Shown piece by piece: positions 10,629 through 17,866 of a stretch of 64,000 bases of DNA. The position numbers and the translations under genes are program-made. Below the pieces are notes generated by a model. It searched no databases, was not told the origin of the DNA, and was given only the letters and a program-made list of their open reading frames with translations. The stretch's first letter is position 1; every line of letters starts with the position of its first letter. The stretch is from positions 50,464 through 114,463 of the forward strand of contig MFXS01000004.1 in NCBI GenBank assembly GCA_001788925.1. Direction: 5' to 3'. The stretch comes from Candidatus Peribacteria bacterium RIFCSPHIGHO2_01_FULL_55_13 (GTDB taxonomy: Bacteria > Patescibacteriota > Gracilibacteria > Peribacterales > Peribacteraceae).

Positions 10629-11741
10629 TTATCGATTCTGAGCGATGTCGCGGACCGCCTGCGTTACCGTGGAGAGTTGCTCCTCGGTGAGCGCCAGCCC
10701 GGAAGGAAGGTAGAATCCGCGCTTTGCGATATCTTCGCTTACCGGGAACGATTCCTTCGCCTGCGGATGCGTGCTCAGGAACGGTTGGCTGTGGCAGGGA
10801 TAGAAAAAATCCCGGGTATCCACTCCGCGTTCCGCAAGCTTCTTTCGCAGCGTGTCTTTGGACATTCCGAAGGCATCTTCGACGAGCACAGCGTACATCC
10901 AATAGACGTTGGTTGCGTAGTCCTTTGTTATGGGCAGTCGCAGGCCGGGTACCTTCGAGAGCTCTTCCTTGTAGCGTCGTCCCATCCATTGCTTCTTCTC
11001 CACGTACTCTTTTATATGCGGCATCTGGCCAACCCCCAGGGCCGCCTGCAGGTTGGTCATGCGGTAGTTGAATCCCAAATCGGTATGCACGAAGCGCTTC
11101 TCGGGACTATGCGCCAGGTCACGCAGGCCTTTCGCACGCGCAGCAAGCGCATCATCATTCGTCACGACCATGCCGCCCTCGCCGGTGGTGATCAGCTTGT
11201 TGGCATAGAAACTGAAACAGTTCATCACACCCATCGATCCGCAGAGTCTTCCTTTGTACGTTGCCCCGTGCACTTCGGCCGCATCCTCCACCACTGCCAG
11301 GTTGTGTTTTTTCGCCGTTTCTAAAATCGGGTCCATATCCGCGCTGTGACCGTAGATATGCACCGGAAGAATAGCTTTCGTGCGCGGCGTTATAGCCTTT
11401 GCCATGAGGTCCGGGTCCATCGCGAAGGTCTCGGGGTCAACGTCCACAAAGACAGGCGTCGCACCGGTATACATCACGGCCGTGACCGTCGAAATCATCG
11501 TGAAGTCCGGCACGATGACCTCGTCTCCGGGGCCGATGCGAAGGCTCGCAAGCGCAAGATGCAATGCTGCAGTCCCGTTCATCACTGCGACCCCGTGTTT
11601 CATACCCAAAAAATCCGCAAATTCCCGTTCGAACTGGGTGATACATGGACCTGCCGAAGAAACCCATCCCGTTTCCAGTGCTTCGATCACTGCCTGCCTG
11701 GATTCAGGCGCGATGATCGGTTCGTTGACGGGGATTTTCAT
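10629..11741 (-). CDS. DegT/DnrJ/EryC1/StrS sugar aminotransferase (perosamine-synthase-like)
   Basis: 370 aa; typical N-terminus and PLP-lysine region (FSFYANKLITTGEGG). Confidence 0.9.
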   Translation of the reverse strand: MKIPVNEPIIAPESRQAVIEALETGWVSSAGPCITQFEREFADFLGMKHGVAVMNGTAALHLALASLRIGPGDEVIVPDFTMISTVTAVMYTGATPVFVDVDPETFAMDPDLMAKAITPRTKAILPVHIYGHSADMDPILETAKKHNLAVVEDAAEVHGATYKGRLCGSMGVMNCFSFYANKLITTGEGGMVVTNDDALAARAKGLRDLAHSPEKRFVHTDLGFNYRMTNLQAALGVGQMPHIKEYVEKKQWMGRRYKEELSKVPGLRLPITKDYATNVYWMYAVLVEDAFGMSKDTLRKKLAERGVDTRDFFYPCHSQPFLSTHPQAKESFPVSEDIAKRGFYLPSGLALTEEQLSTVTQAVRDIAQNR

Positions 11742-11782
11742 GCGGAACTGTGGAAGCAGGTGATCTCCTGGCTATTGTGTTT

Positions 11783-12796
11783 TTATTGCACACTCTCCGC
11801 AATGGCTTCCGCAGCCTTTTCGATCGTTTCTGCATGCGGGTGCACGGTGTCCCAGGAGAGGGTTTTGGCTTCATTCCCGAATGTGTCATACAGGTCGATC
11901 ACCGTGAATCCCTCTTGTTCAGCGAGAGCGCGGATCCGGGGCCGGCTCAGGGCGTGAAGTTCCCGGTCCGGCCAGAGAACGAAATATTTTTCGATGCCTT
12001 CGTCGATCTCTTCGGCAAATGCATGTAGCGCCTCACCGTATGCGGTGATCTGTTTTTCGGTAATACTGTCACGGTCCGGGTTCTCTTTGCTTTCTTCCCG
12101 TTCGCGTTCCAGTGTCTCTTTCCCCGCGCGCATGCTCGTGAACTTCTTCATCGCCACGTAGACGGCGCTTCTGCGATCCAGAAAACACTTTCCCGGGATC
12201 ATACTCAGGATTCCTTCCTCCGGAGGATTACATCGAAGCGCCGGGCGGTCTTTCGGATCATCTCCTTCGGCCCGCAGCACGCCGTCTTCGTCCAGCCATC
12301 CGGTTTTTTCGTCCATGTCATTCGGGAAGAAGACCAGAATGATCACTTGAGGATCAAGCTCCGCAATCTTCTCCTTATATGTGGCTCGCTCCTGGCTCAG
12401 CTGATATCCGGGTACGCCGGTATTCAAAAATTGCATCGCCGGCATGCGGGCTTCCAGCCGCGCAGCAAGGGTCTCTTCGTTCTCCACGCCGTAGCCGAAG
12501 GTGATGGAATCACCGATCACCGCCGCAAGCGGGCGCGTCGGGTCAATTTCCGGTGACCGGAATCCCAACGCATTTGTTTTTACCGTCGATCGATAGGCTC
12601 CACGCTCGATTCCCGGGATCAGTTCATAGCTGATATCCGGATTGTCGCTGCTTTGGAAAATCAGCGGAGGATGCGGCCCTACGGTCACGAGCCCCGTCAT
12701 CCTCAGTACGATTTCAATACCCGCAAGAAATATAATTGCTGAGACTAGGGACAAGCCGAGGTTGATCAATGCATTACGCACGTAGATATTCTCCAC
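11783..12796 (-). CDS. membrane-anchored SGNH/GDSL hydrolase
   Basis: N-terminal TM helix, block I VIGDSITFGYG, later FFPNDMD. Confidence 0.6.
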   Translation of the reverse strand: MENIYVRNALINLGLSLVSAIIFLAGIEIVLRMTGLVTVGPHPPLIFQSSDNPDISYELIPGIERGAYRSTVKTNALGFRSPEIDPTRPLAAVIGDSITFGYGVENEETLAARLEARMPAMQFLNTGVPGYQLSQERATYKEKIAELDPQVIILVFFPNDMDEKTGWLDEDGVLRAEGDDPKDRPALRCNPPEEGILSMIPGKCFLDRRSAVYVAMKKFTSMRAGKETLEREREESKENPDRDSITEKQITAYGEALHAFAEEIDEGIEKYFVLWPDRELHALSRPRIRALAEQEGFTVIDLYDTFGNEAKTLSWDTVHPHAETIEKAAEAIAESVQ

Positions 12797-12804
12797 GTTT
12801 AATA

Positions 12805-12830
12805 TGAGGCAAGCCAGTAGGCTTGCCTCA
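12805..12830 (-). terminator. GC-rich hairpin (TGAGGCAAGCC-AGTA-GGCTTGCCTCA), no clear U-tract
   Basis: Perfect 11-bp stem directly 3' of small ORF 12848-13144. Confidence 0.3.
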
Positions 12831-12847
12831 CGATCTCTGGAAATCTG

Positions 12848-13144
12848 TCAGGTCGTCCTCTCCAAGAGGATAACCATCAAAAAGGTGCAGAAACACACAC
12901 TGATACTCGCGCACAGGAAGGTCAGGAATATCCAACCTTGGTATGCATCTAAGTGTTCCTGCTTCAGGGAAAGCTTAAACCTTACCCAGGCATTCCTAGA
13001 CCGTCGGCTTGCGTATCCACCGATCACTAAACTTGCTATCCCAACGAGGGACAGGCAGATCCAAACAAGTGGGCTCATTTCATCACCCCCTTTCCTTCCA
13101 AAGATCGATATCTTGAGTGTATGGATCCCATTACATCTGTCCAT
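12848..13144 (-). CDS. small two-TM membrane protein (hypothetical)
   Basis: ATG overlaps carbamoyltransferase stop (TAATG); two hydrophobic helices; AT-richer than neighbours. Confidence 0.35.
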   Translation of the reverse strand: MDRCNGIHTLKISIFGRKGGDEMSPLVWICLSLVGIASLVIGGYASRRSRNAWVRFKLSLKQEHLDAYQGWIFLTFLCASISVCFCTFLMVILLERTT

Positions 13145-14904
13145 TAATCCAACAAGAATTTTTTCAAATACTCCTCACTACTTCTTTTCCACTCCGGCGG
13201 CAGTTTCTTTTTATCCACGATGCACTGCCCCAGCACCAGATAATCCATGTGCGTATGAACGAAGCAGTTCCAGGCGTCTTGGGGCGATTCCACAATCGGC
13301 TCGCCGCGGACGTTAAAGGAGGTATTGATGATCACGGGGCATCCGGTCTGCTCATCAAAGGCCTTCAGAAGATCGTAGTAGAGCGCGTTCTGGTTTCGGT
13401 TGATCGTCTGGATGCGCGCGGAGCCATCCACGTGCGTCACCGCAGGAATTTCCGCCCGGTATTTCTCCCGCGTGTCGGCTACAAGGAGCATGAACGGGCT
13501 TTCACGATCCAGTTCAAAGTATTCCGATGCCTTTTCCTCAAGCACCGTCGGCGCAAACGGCCGGAAGGACTCGCGGAACTTGATCTTGAGGTTCACTTTT
13601 TTCCAGTTATTGGGATTCCGCGCGTCCGCGATGATCGAACGGTTGCCGAGCGACCGCGGGCCGTATTCCGTGCGTCCCTGAAACCAGCCGATCACATTTT
13701 CGCCCTGCAGGAGAGTGGCGACGTGCTTCGGCAGGTCTACAGCCGGGATCTTTTCCGAAGGAATCCGGTTCTTCGTCAGAAAATCCTCGATCTCCGTTTG
13801 GTTATAACTCTTTCCAAAGAAGACGTGTTCCATCCGCGGAAGCCTTTCGCCCTGCATCATCCCGTGCCATGCCATGAGTGCGGCACCCAGCGCTCCTCCG
13901 GCGTCTCCCGAAGCTGGTTGGATGAAGATGTCTTCAAATATTCCCGACCGCAGAATCTTTCCGTTGCTCACGCAGTTCAGTGCCACGCCTCCGGCGAGGC
14001 AGAGATATCGGCTTCCTGTCAGTTCCTTCGCGGCCCGGGCGAGATTCAGCATCACTTCATCGGTCAACTCCTGCAGCGACCGTGCAATGTCTTTGTGGAA
14101 CTGCTCAAGAGGGGATTCCGGCGTTCGCGTGGGTTGTCCGAACAGTTTTTCGATGCTGCGACCCGTCATCCGCAGTCCGTATTCGTAGGTGAAGTACTTC
14201 ATGTCGAGCGCGAAGCTTCCATCGGGCTTCACGTCGATCAGTTTGCGCATCTGTTCCAGATACTTTGGCTCTCCATACGGTGCGAGTCCCATCACTTTGT
14301 ACTCAGCGCTGTTCACCTTGAATCCAAGGTAATACGTTATCGCGGAGTAGAGGAGTCCGAGCGAATGCGGATAGTGTATTTCCCGAAGCAGCTTCAGCTC
14401 CTTTCCTTTGCCGTGCCCGATGGTTGTCGTTGCCCATTCACCGACGCCGTCGGCAGTCACCACAGCCGCATCCGGAAATCCCGAACAGAAAAATGCGGAC
14501 GCGGCATGTGATTCATGGTGTGACGGATAGTAGATGGGCCCCTTATACGAAAGCTCGCGGCGGATAATATGGGGAATCCAAAGCTTCTTGGGCATCCATT
14601 CCTGCATGGCCATGTGGTACTGCACAAATCCGCGCGGCCAGACCTTCATGGTTGTCTGCAGGATGCGGTCGAAGAACTTCAGTATCGGTTTCTCGTAGAA
14701 CGCGACGGCATCCAGATCTTGCGCGGTGATGCCCGCGTGCTTCAGCGCCTCTTCAATCGCCAGTTTCGGGAACGACTCATCGTGCTTCTTTCTGGAGAAG
14801 CGTTCCTCCTGCGATGCAAACACAATCTGCCCGTCTTTCAGAAGCACGGTGGCGCTATCGTGGTAGAAGCAGGAGATGCCCAATATGTAGACTGGCTTAT
14901 TCAT
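13144..14904 (-). CDS. carbamoyltransferase (NodU/CmcH/SxtI family)
   Basis: ILGISCFYHDSATVLLKDGQIVFASQEERFSRKKHD N-terminus and full-length 586-aa architecture. Confidence 0.92.
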   Translation of the reverse strand: MNKPVYILGISCFYHDSATVLLKDGQIVFASQEERFSRKKHDESFPKLAIEEALKHAGITAQDLDAVAFYEKPILKFFDRILQTTMKVWPRGFVQYHMAMQEWMPKKLWIPHIIRRELSYKGPIYYPSHHESHAASAFFCSGFPDAAVVTADGVGEWATTTIGHGKGKELKLLREIHYPHSLGLLYSAITYYLGFKVNSAEYKVMGLAPYGEPKYLEQMRKLIDVKPDGSFALDMKYFTYEYGLRMTGRSIEKLFGQPTRTPESPLEQFHKDIARSLQELTDEVMLNLARAAKELTGSRYLCLAGGVALNCVSNGKILRSGIFEDIFIQPASGDAGGALGAALMAWHGMMQGERLPRMEHVFFGKSYNQTEIEDFLTKNRIPSEKIPAVDLPKHVATLLQGENVIGWFQGRTEYGPRSLGNRSIIADARNPNNWKKVNLKIKFRESFRPFAPTVLEEKASEYFELDRESPFMLLVADTREKYRAEIPAVTHVDGSARIQTINRNQNALYYDLLKAFDEQTGCPVIINTSFNVRGEPIVESPQDAWNCFVHTHMDYLVLGQCIVDKKKLPPEWKRSSEEYLKKFLLD

Positions 14905-14920
14905 GTTTTCCTCGAACGGC

Positions 14921-14956
14921 GGAATTGAAAATTGAGAATTGAGAATTGAAAATTAA
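14921..14956. repeat. 7-nt-periodic repeat module, single arm (GAATTGA/AAATTGA x5)
   Basis: Tandem heptamers fill the gap between two minus-strand genes; contains the TAA stop of ORF 14953-15180. Confidence 0.85.
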
Positions 14957-15180
14957 AACTGATACCTCATATCAGTGGAGTCTTTGCTCACATCGACCCA
15001 GTACGTGTCTGTTGGAGGCTTCCCCGAAAAGAGGTAAATCATCTTGAGGATGATCGCGTATATGCTGAACACCACAATCCAAATGATTGTGAGGAGAATC
15101 GTACTCATGATGCGCCCGAGCACATGCGAAAAGCGCATCCAGAGGTCATAGAGCTGTTGCAGTGGTTTCGGAAGTTTCAC
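14953..15180 (-). CDS. SxtJ-like small membrane protein
   Basis: 75 aa, LWMRF...hydrophobic helix...YW...MRYQF terminus as I recall for the SxtJ family; adjacent to carbamoyltransferase. Confidence 0.5.
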   Translation of the reverse strand: MKLPKPLQQLYDLWMRFSHVLGRIMSTILLTIIWIVVFSIYAIILKMIYLFSGKPPTDTYWVDVSKDSTDMRYQF

Positions 15181-15186
15181 AGTGTT

Positions 15187-15254
15187 GGATGGCTAAATGG
15201 CTAAATGGTTAGTCCACATCTATAGCATATAACCATTTAGCCATTTAACCATTC
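15187..15254. repeat. 8-nt-periodic repeat module, inverted pair (ATGGCTAA units)
   Basis: Arms 15187-15212 and 15231-15254 nearly perfectly complementary; fills gap between two minus-strand genes. Confidence 0.85.
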
Positions 15255-15260
15255 AGCTCC

Positions 15261-15419
15261 TTAAAAAACCGTGTAGATAAACGGCGCCAGCGGCGACGTC
15301 TGGGCGAAAATCAGGATTAATCCCAAAAGCACGATGATGAGAATGATAGGAAGAAGCCACCACTTCTTGCGCATGCGCATGAAGCGCCAGAGTTCGGTGA
15401 AGATGGAGAGTTTGGACAT
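15261..15419 (-). CDS. DUF5989 (SxtK-like) small membrane protein
   Basis: 52-aa ORF not in track: MSKLSIFTELWRFMRMRKKWWLLPIILIIVLLGLILIFAQTSPLAPFIYTVF; matches the DUF5989 pattern. Confidence 0.6.
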   Translation of the reverse strand: MSKLSIFTELWRFMRMRKKWWLLPIILIIVLLGLILIFAQTSPLAPFIYTVF

Positions 15420-15455
15420 ACACGCAGTATACACTCTTCCACCTCTTTCATTTCA

Positions 15456-16127
15456 TCACAGCATGGATGCGATCATCTCCATCACGTTCACAAACGGACT
15501 CACAATCAAATCAATCCATCCCATCAGCAGCGGAACATTAAAAATATCCTCCGCGATCAAAAGTCCCAAAAGGATCCAGGGACCTCTTCGGAGCCACTCG
15601 TTGTACTGCTCGTCGTAGCGATAGGGAATGAACACCTGGAAGATCTTGCTGCCATCCAGAGGTGCCACGGGCAGAAGGTTGAATGCCATCAGGCCGAGGT
15701 TCAGCGCGATCGAGATCCGCAGGATATCGGTAAGGACCGTTGCAAATGTCCCGCGGCCGCCGCCGGAAAGCAGGTTCCAGAAACCGCCGCCCACAGAATC
15801 GGGCGCGAGAAGTAGGAGTCCGCCGAACGCGAGGAACGCGATAATCAAATTACTGATCGGTCCCGCGATACTCACGAGTGCCGTGTCGCGCTTCCAGCTC
15901 TTGAAGTATCTAGGGTCGATCGGCACGGGTTTGCCCCATCCAAATCCCACCAAGAAGAAGAGGATCGTGCCCATCAGATCCAGGTGCGCGATGGGGTTTA
16001 AGGTCAGCCGGCCCTGTTCTTTCGCCGTCGGGTCGCCGAGGCGATGTGCGACCAGCGCGTGCGCCCATTCGTGGACGGACAGCGCGATCAGCAGGGCGAT
16101 GATGAAGGACGGGCGGAGGGCGGACAC
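15456..16127 (-). CDS. site-2 protease family (peptidase M50) metalloprotease
   Basis: HEWAHALVAHRLGD (HExxH) in TM helix, multi-pass membrane; GTG start. Confidence 0.85.
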   Translation of the reverse strand: MSALRPSFIIALLIALSVHEWAHALVAHRLGDPTAKEQGRLTLNPIAHLDLMGTILFFLVGFGWGKPVPIDPRYFKSWKRDTALVSIAGPISNLIIAFLAFGGLLLLAPDSVGGGFWNLLSGGGRGTFATVLTDILRISIALNLGLMAFNLLPVAPLDGSKIFQVFIPYRYDEQYNEWLRRGPWILLGLLIAEDIFNVPLLMGWIDLIVSPFVNVMEMIASML

Positions 16128-16132
16128 GAGAT

Positions 16133-16214
16133 AATTATGAATTAGAAATTAGAAATTAGGAATTAGCAATTATGTCTCTATCTCGCCAATTGCTAATTCC
16201 TAACTGCTAATTGG
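16133..16214. repeat. 7-nt-periodic repeat module, inverted pair (AATTAGA/AATTAGC units)
   Basis: Arms 16133-16171 and 16188-16214; lies in divergent region between M50 protease and rpmB. Confidence 0.85.
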
Positions 16215-16265
16215 CAAGGTTTAAAGTTGACCTTTGTATCGCCTGTACGTAGGCTTTCCCAGCAA

Positions 16266-16475
16266 ATGGCCCGCAAGTGCGTCAAAACCGGCAAAGGAAC
16301 CGCCTTCGGCAACACCCGAAGCCACTCGAACAGGCACACCCGCCGCACGTTTCGTGCGAACATCCAGAAGAAGCGCGTCTTCGACCCGCGCACGGGCACC
16401 TACGTCACGATGAAAGTCTCTACGAGCTACCTCCGCACGCTTGCGAAGCGGTTGCAGGAAGGCAGGACAATCTAG
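16266..16475 (+). CDS. rpmB: 50S ribosomal protein L28
   Basis: MARKCVKTGKGTAFGNTRSHSNRHTRRTFRANIQKKR is canonical L28. Confidence 0.92.
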   Translation: MARKCVKTGKGTAFGNTRSHSNRHTRRTFRANIQKKRVFDPRTGTYVTMKVSTSYLRTLAKRLQEGRTI

Positions 16476-16481
16476 CCGATC

Positions 16482-16757
16482 TCATCTGGAGAATCTCCTA
16501 AAGACACTTGTGCCGCGATAGGGTTCCGTCTTTTTCATACACTCACGCTTCGTCATCCCTTTCTTGCCCGAACATCTGATCGCACGTTCCTGGTTGCGCA
16601 TGCAGGTACTTTTGCTTGCGCCTTTGAATTCGTTGCAGCGGTAATTAGCCGCCGGAGCCGCGTGATAGGTGGCCGCTTCCACAGAGGCAATCCTGGTGAA
16701 CGCCATGATCACTGCAAGTATAAGGAAGAGGGTGCGCATAGATCTATTGTCGCGCAT
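16482..16757 (-). CDS. small secreted Lys-rich protein with two C-x10-C units
   Basis: Signal peptide; CNEFKGASKSTC and CSGKKGMTKREC. Confidence 0.5.
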   Translation of the reverse strand: MRDNRSMRTLFLILAVIMAFTRIASVEAATYHAAPAANYRCNEFKGASKSTCMRNQERAIRCSGKKGMTKRECMKKTEPYRGTSVFRRFSR

Positions 16758-16815
16758 TTTCTTCCCTACGCAAAACGCCCCCCGGAGGAGGCGTTTTGAA
16801 GGAACACTCAGTGTA

Positions 16816-17286
16816 TTACTGCGCTACGCCGCCCTTGTTGCGGTACTTCATGCGCATGTCTCCGATTTTCTTCATGACACCGGAAGGATTTTTCATCATT
16901 CCTTTCTCCTTCTCAGCTTTCACGCATTCCTGGAATTCCGGAGTGCGCTTCGGGAATTCGCTGCAAGTCTTTTTCATCATCGCAGGGCGCATAACGAGCT
17001 TCTTCACAAAAGACTTTCCCGTCATCTTGCGGTCCTTGATGGTGCTATGAACGCACTCTGCGCGCGATTTGCCGCTCAACTTGGAACAGTTCTGCTTGAT
17101 GGTCTGGCCGAGGTTGTTCTGCTTCATTCTCTTGCTCGATGAGCTGCTTGCCGCAGTGGAGGTTGTGGAAGCGCTCGAGGTGGAAGAGCTCTCGGCGGCG
17201 CTGCTGGAAGACTCATCAGCAAACGCGGGAACTGCCGTAAGGGCGATGGCGCCCGCGGCGAACAGGGAAACGAGACGACGTGTCAT
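16816..17286 (-). CDS. secreted Ser-rich/Lys-rich protein with C-x10-C and C-x12-C units
   Basis: Signal peptide MTRRLVSLFAAGAIALTAVPAFA, poly-Ser linker, CSKLSGKSRAEC and CSEFPKRTPEFQEC; start trimmed to 17286. Confidence 0.5.
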   Translation of the reverse strand: MTRRLVSLFAAGAIALTAVPAFADESSSSAAESSSTSSASTTSTAASSSSSKRMKQNNLGQTIKQNCSKLSGKSRAECVHSTIKDRKMTGKSFVKKLVMRPAMMKKTCSEFPKRTPEFQECVKAEKEKGMMKNPSGVMKKIGDMRMKYRNKGGVAQ

Positions 17287-17352
17287 AGAAAAGTAGGGGA
17301 AAAAAGAAAAATCGTTCTTCGAGCGTAAAGTATACACCTCTTTCCGAGCGTA

Positions 17353-17775
17353 TTACGCAAATCCCTCTTCACCAACAAGCCCCTTGTTCTTTCGGTTCCT
17401 TTTCAGCGCTCCATGAAGCCGCTTATCGAGCAGGACGGATTTCTGGGAACTTGGTTTTCTTCTCCTCCTTTCCAGCTTCTGCACAAACACCTCGTGTCGC
17501 TTTTGCTGCTCCTCGGAAGCGTGCTTATCGATGATGTGCTGGATCAGCATCTGGTACGCGAGTTGGCGGTTGCGGTGCTGCTCGCGCTGCTCGTGAACGC
17601 GCACGGAGATGCCCGTTGGCCGGTGCGTGAGCTCCACGCAGTTATTGGTCTTGTTCACTTTCTGCCCGCCATGGCCTGATCCGCGCGTGAAGGCTTCGGA
17701 GATATCCGCCATGTGAATGCCCAGCTGCTCGGCAGCATGTTCCAGATGCGGGGGGAGGGGAACGGGGAAGGACAT
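17353..17775 (-). CDS. arfB: alternative ribosome-rescue factor ArfB (RF-1 domain peptidyl-tRNA hydrolase)
   Basis: 140 aa, GSGHGGQKVNKT GGQ motif, basic C-terminal tail. Confidence 0.8.
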   Translation of the reverse strand: MSFPVPLPPHLEHAAEQLGIHMADISEAFTRGSGHGGQKVNKTNNCVELTHRPTGISVRVHEQREQHRNRQLAYQMLIQHIIDKHASEEQQKRHEVFVQKLERRRRKPSSQKSVLLDKRLHGALKRNRKNKGLVGEEGFA

Positions 17776-17786
17776 GGACCAATTAT

Positions 17787-17855
17787 GAATGCGGAATTCG
17801 GAATTCGGAATTGATTTTTCCTATGATTCCGAATTCCGCATTCCGAATTCCGAAT
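17787..17855. repeat. 7-nt-periodic repeat module, inverted pair (GGAATTC/GGAATGC units)
   Basis: Arms 17787-17812 and 17825-17855; in divergent region between arfB and the TPR membrane protein. Confidence 0.9.
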
Positions 17856-17866
17856 ATACTCCACTC

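Noticed and set aside
12804-13316. 170-aa plus-strand ORF across the SGNH/carbamoyltransferase junction
   Set aside because: It overlaps the 3' end of the strongly supported carbamoyltransferase on the other strand and has a non-protein-like composition.
14921-14956. Could the tandem short repeats (here and at about 35 other loci) be CRISPR arrays?
   Set aside because: Units are 7-8 nt with no unique spacers, arrays are under 45 nt, many are translated, and no cas genes are present.
17787-17855. GGA-rich arrays as CsrA/RsmA-titrating decoys, or clustered EcoRI (GAATTC) and BsmBI (CGTCTC) sites as restriction-modification footprints
   Set aside because: Only some unit types contain GGA, and the opposite arms contain TCC. 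No csrA or R-M genes are visible in the window, so this is pure speculation without support.
17789-17866. N-terminal extensions encoded by repeat hairpins (MRNSEFGIDF... here; also 35906, 37513, 54705, 58540 and 36976 in the ORF track)
   Set aside because: The extensions consist purely of repeat-module sequence and precede better-placed ATG codons that give family-typical N-termini or signal peptides. Starts were trimmed.
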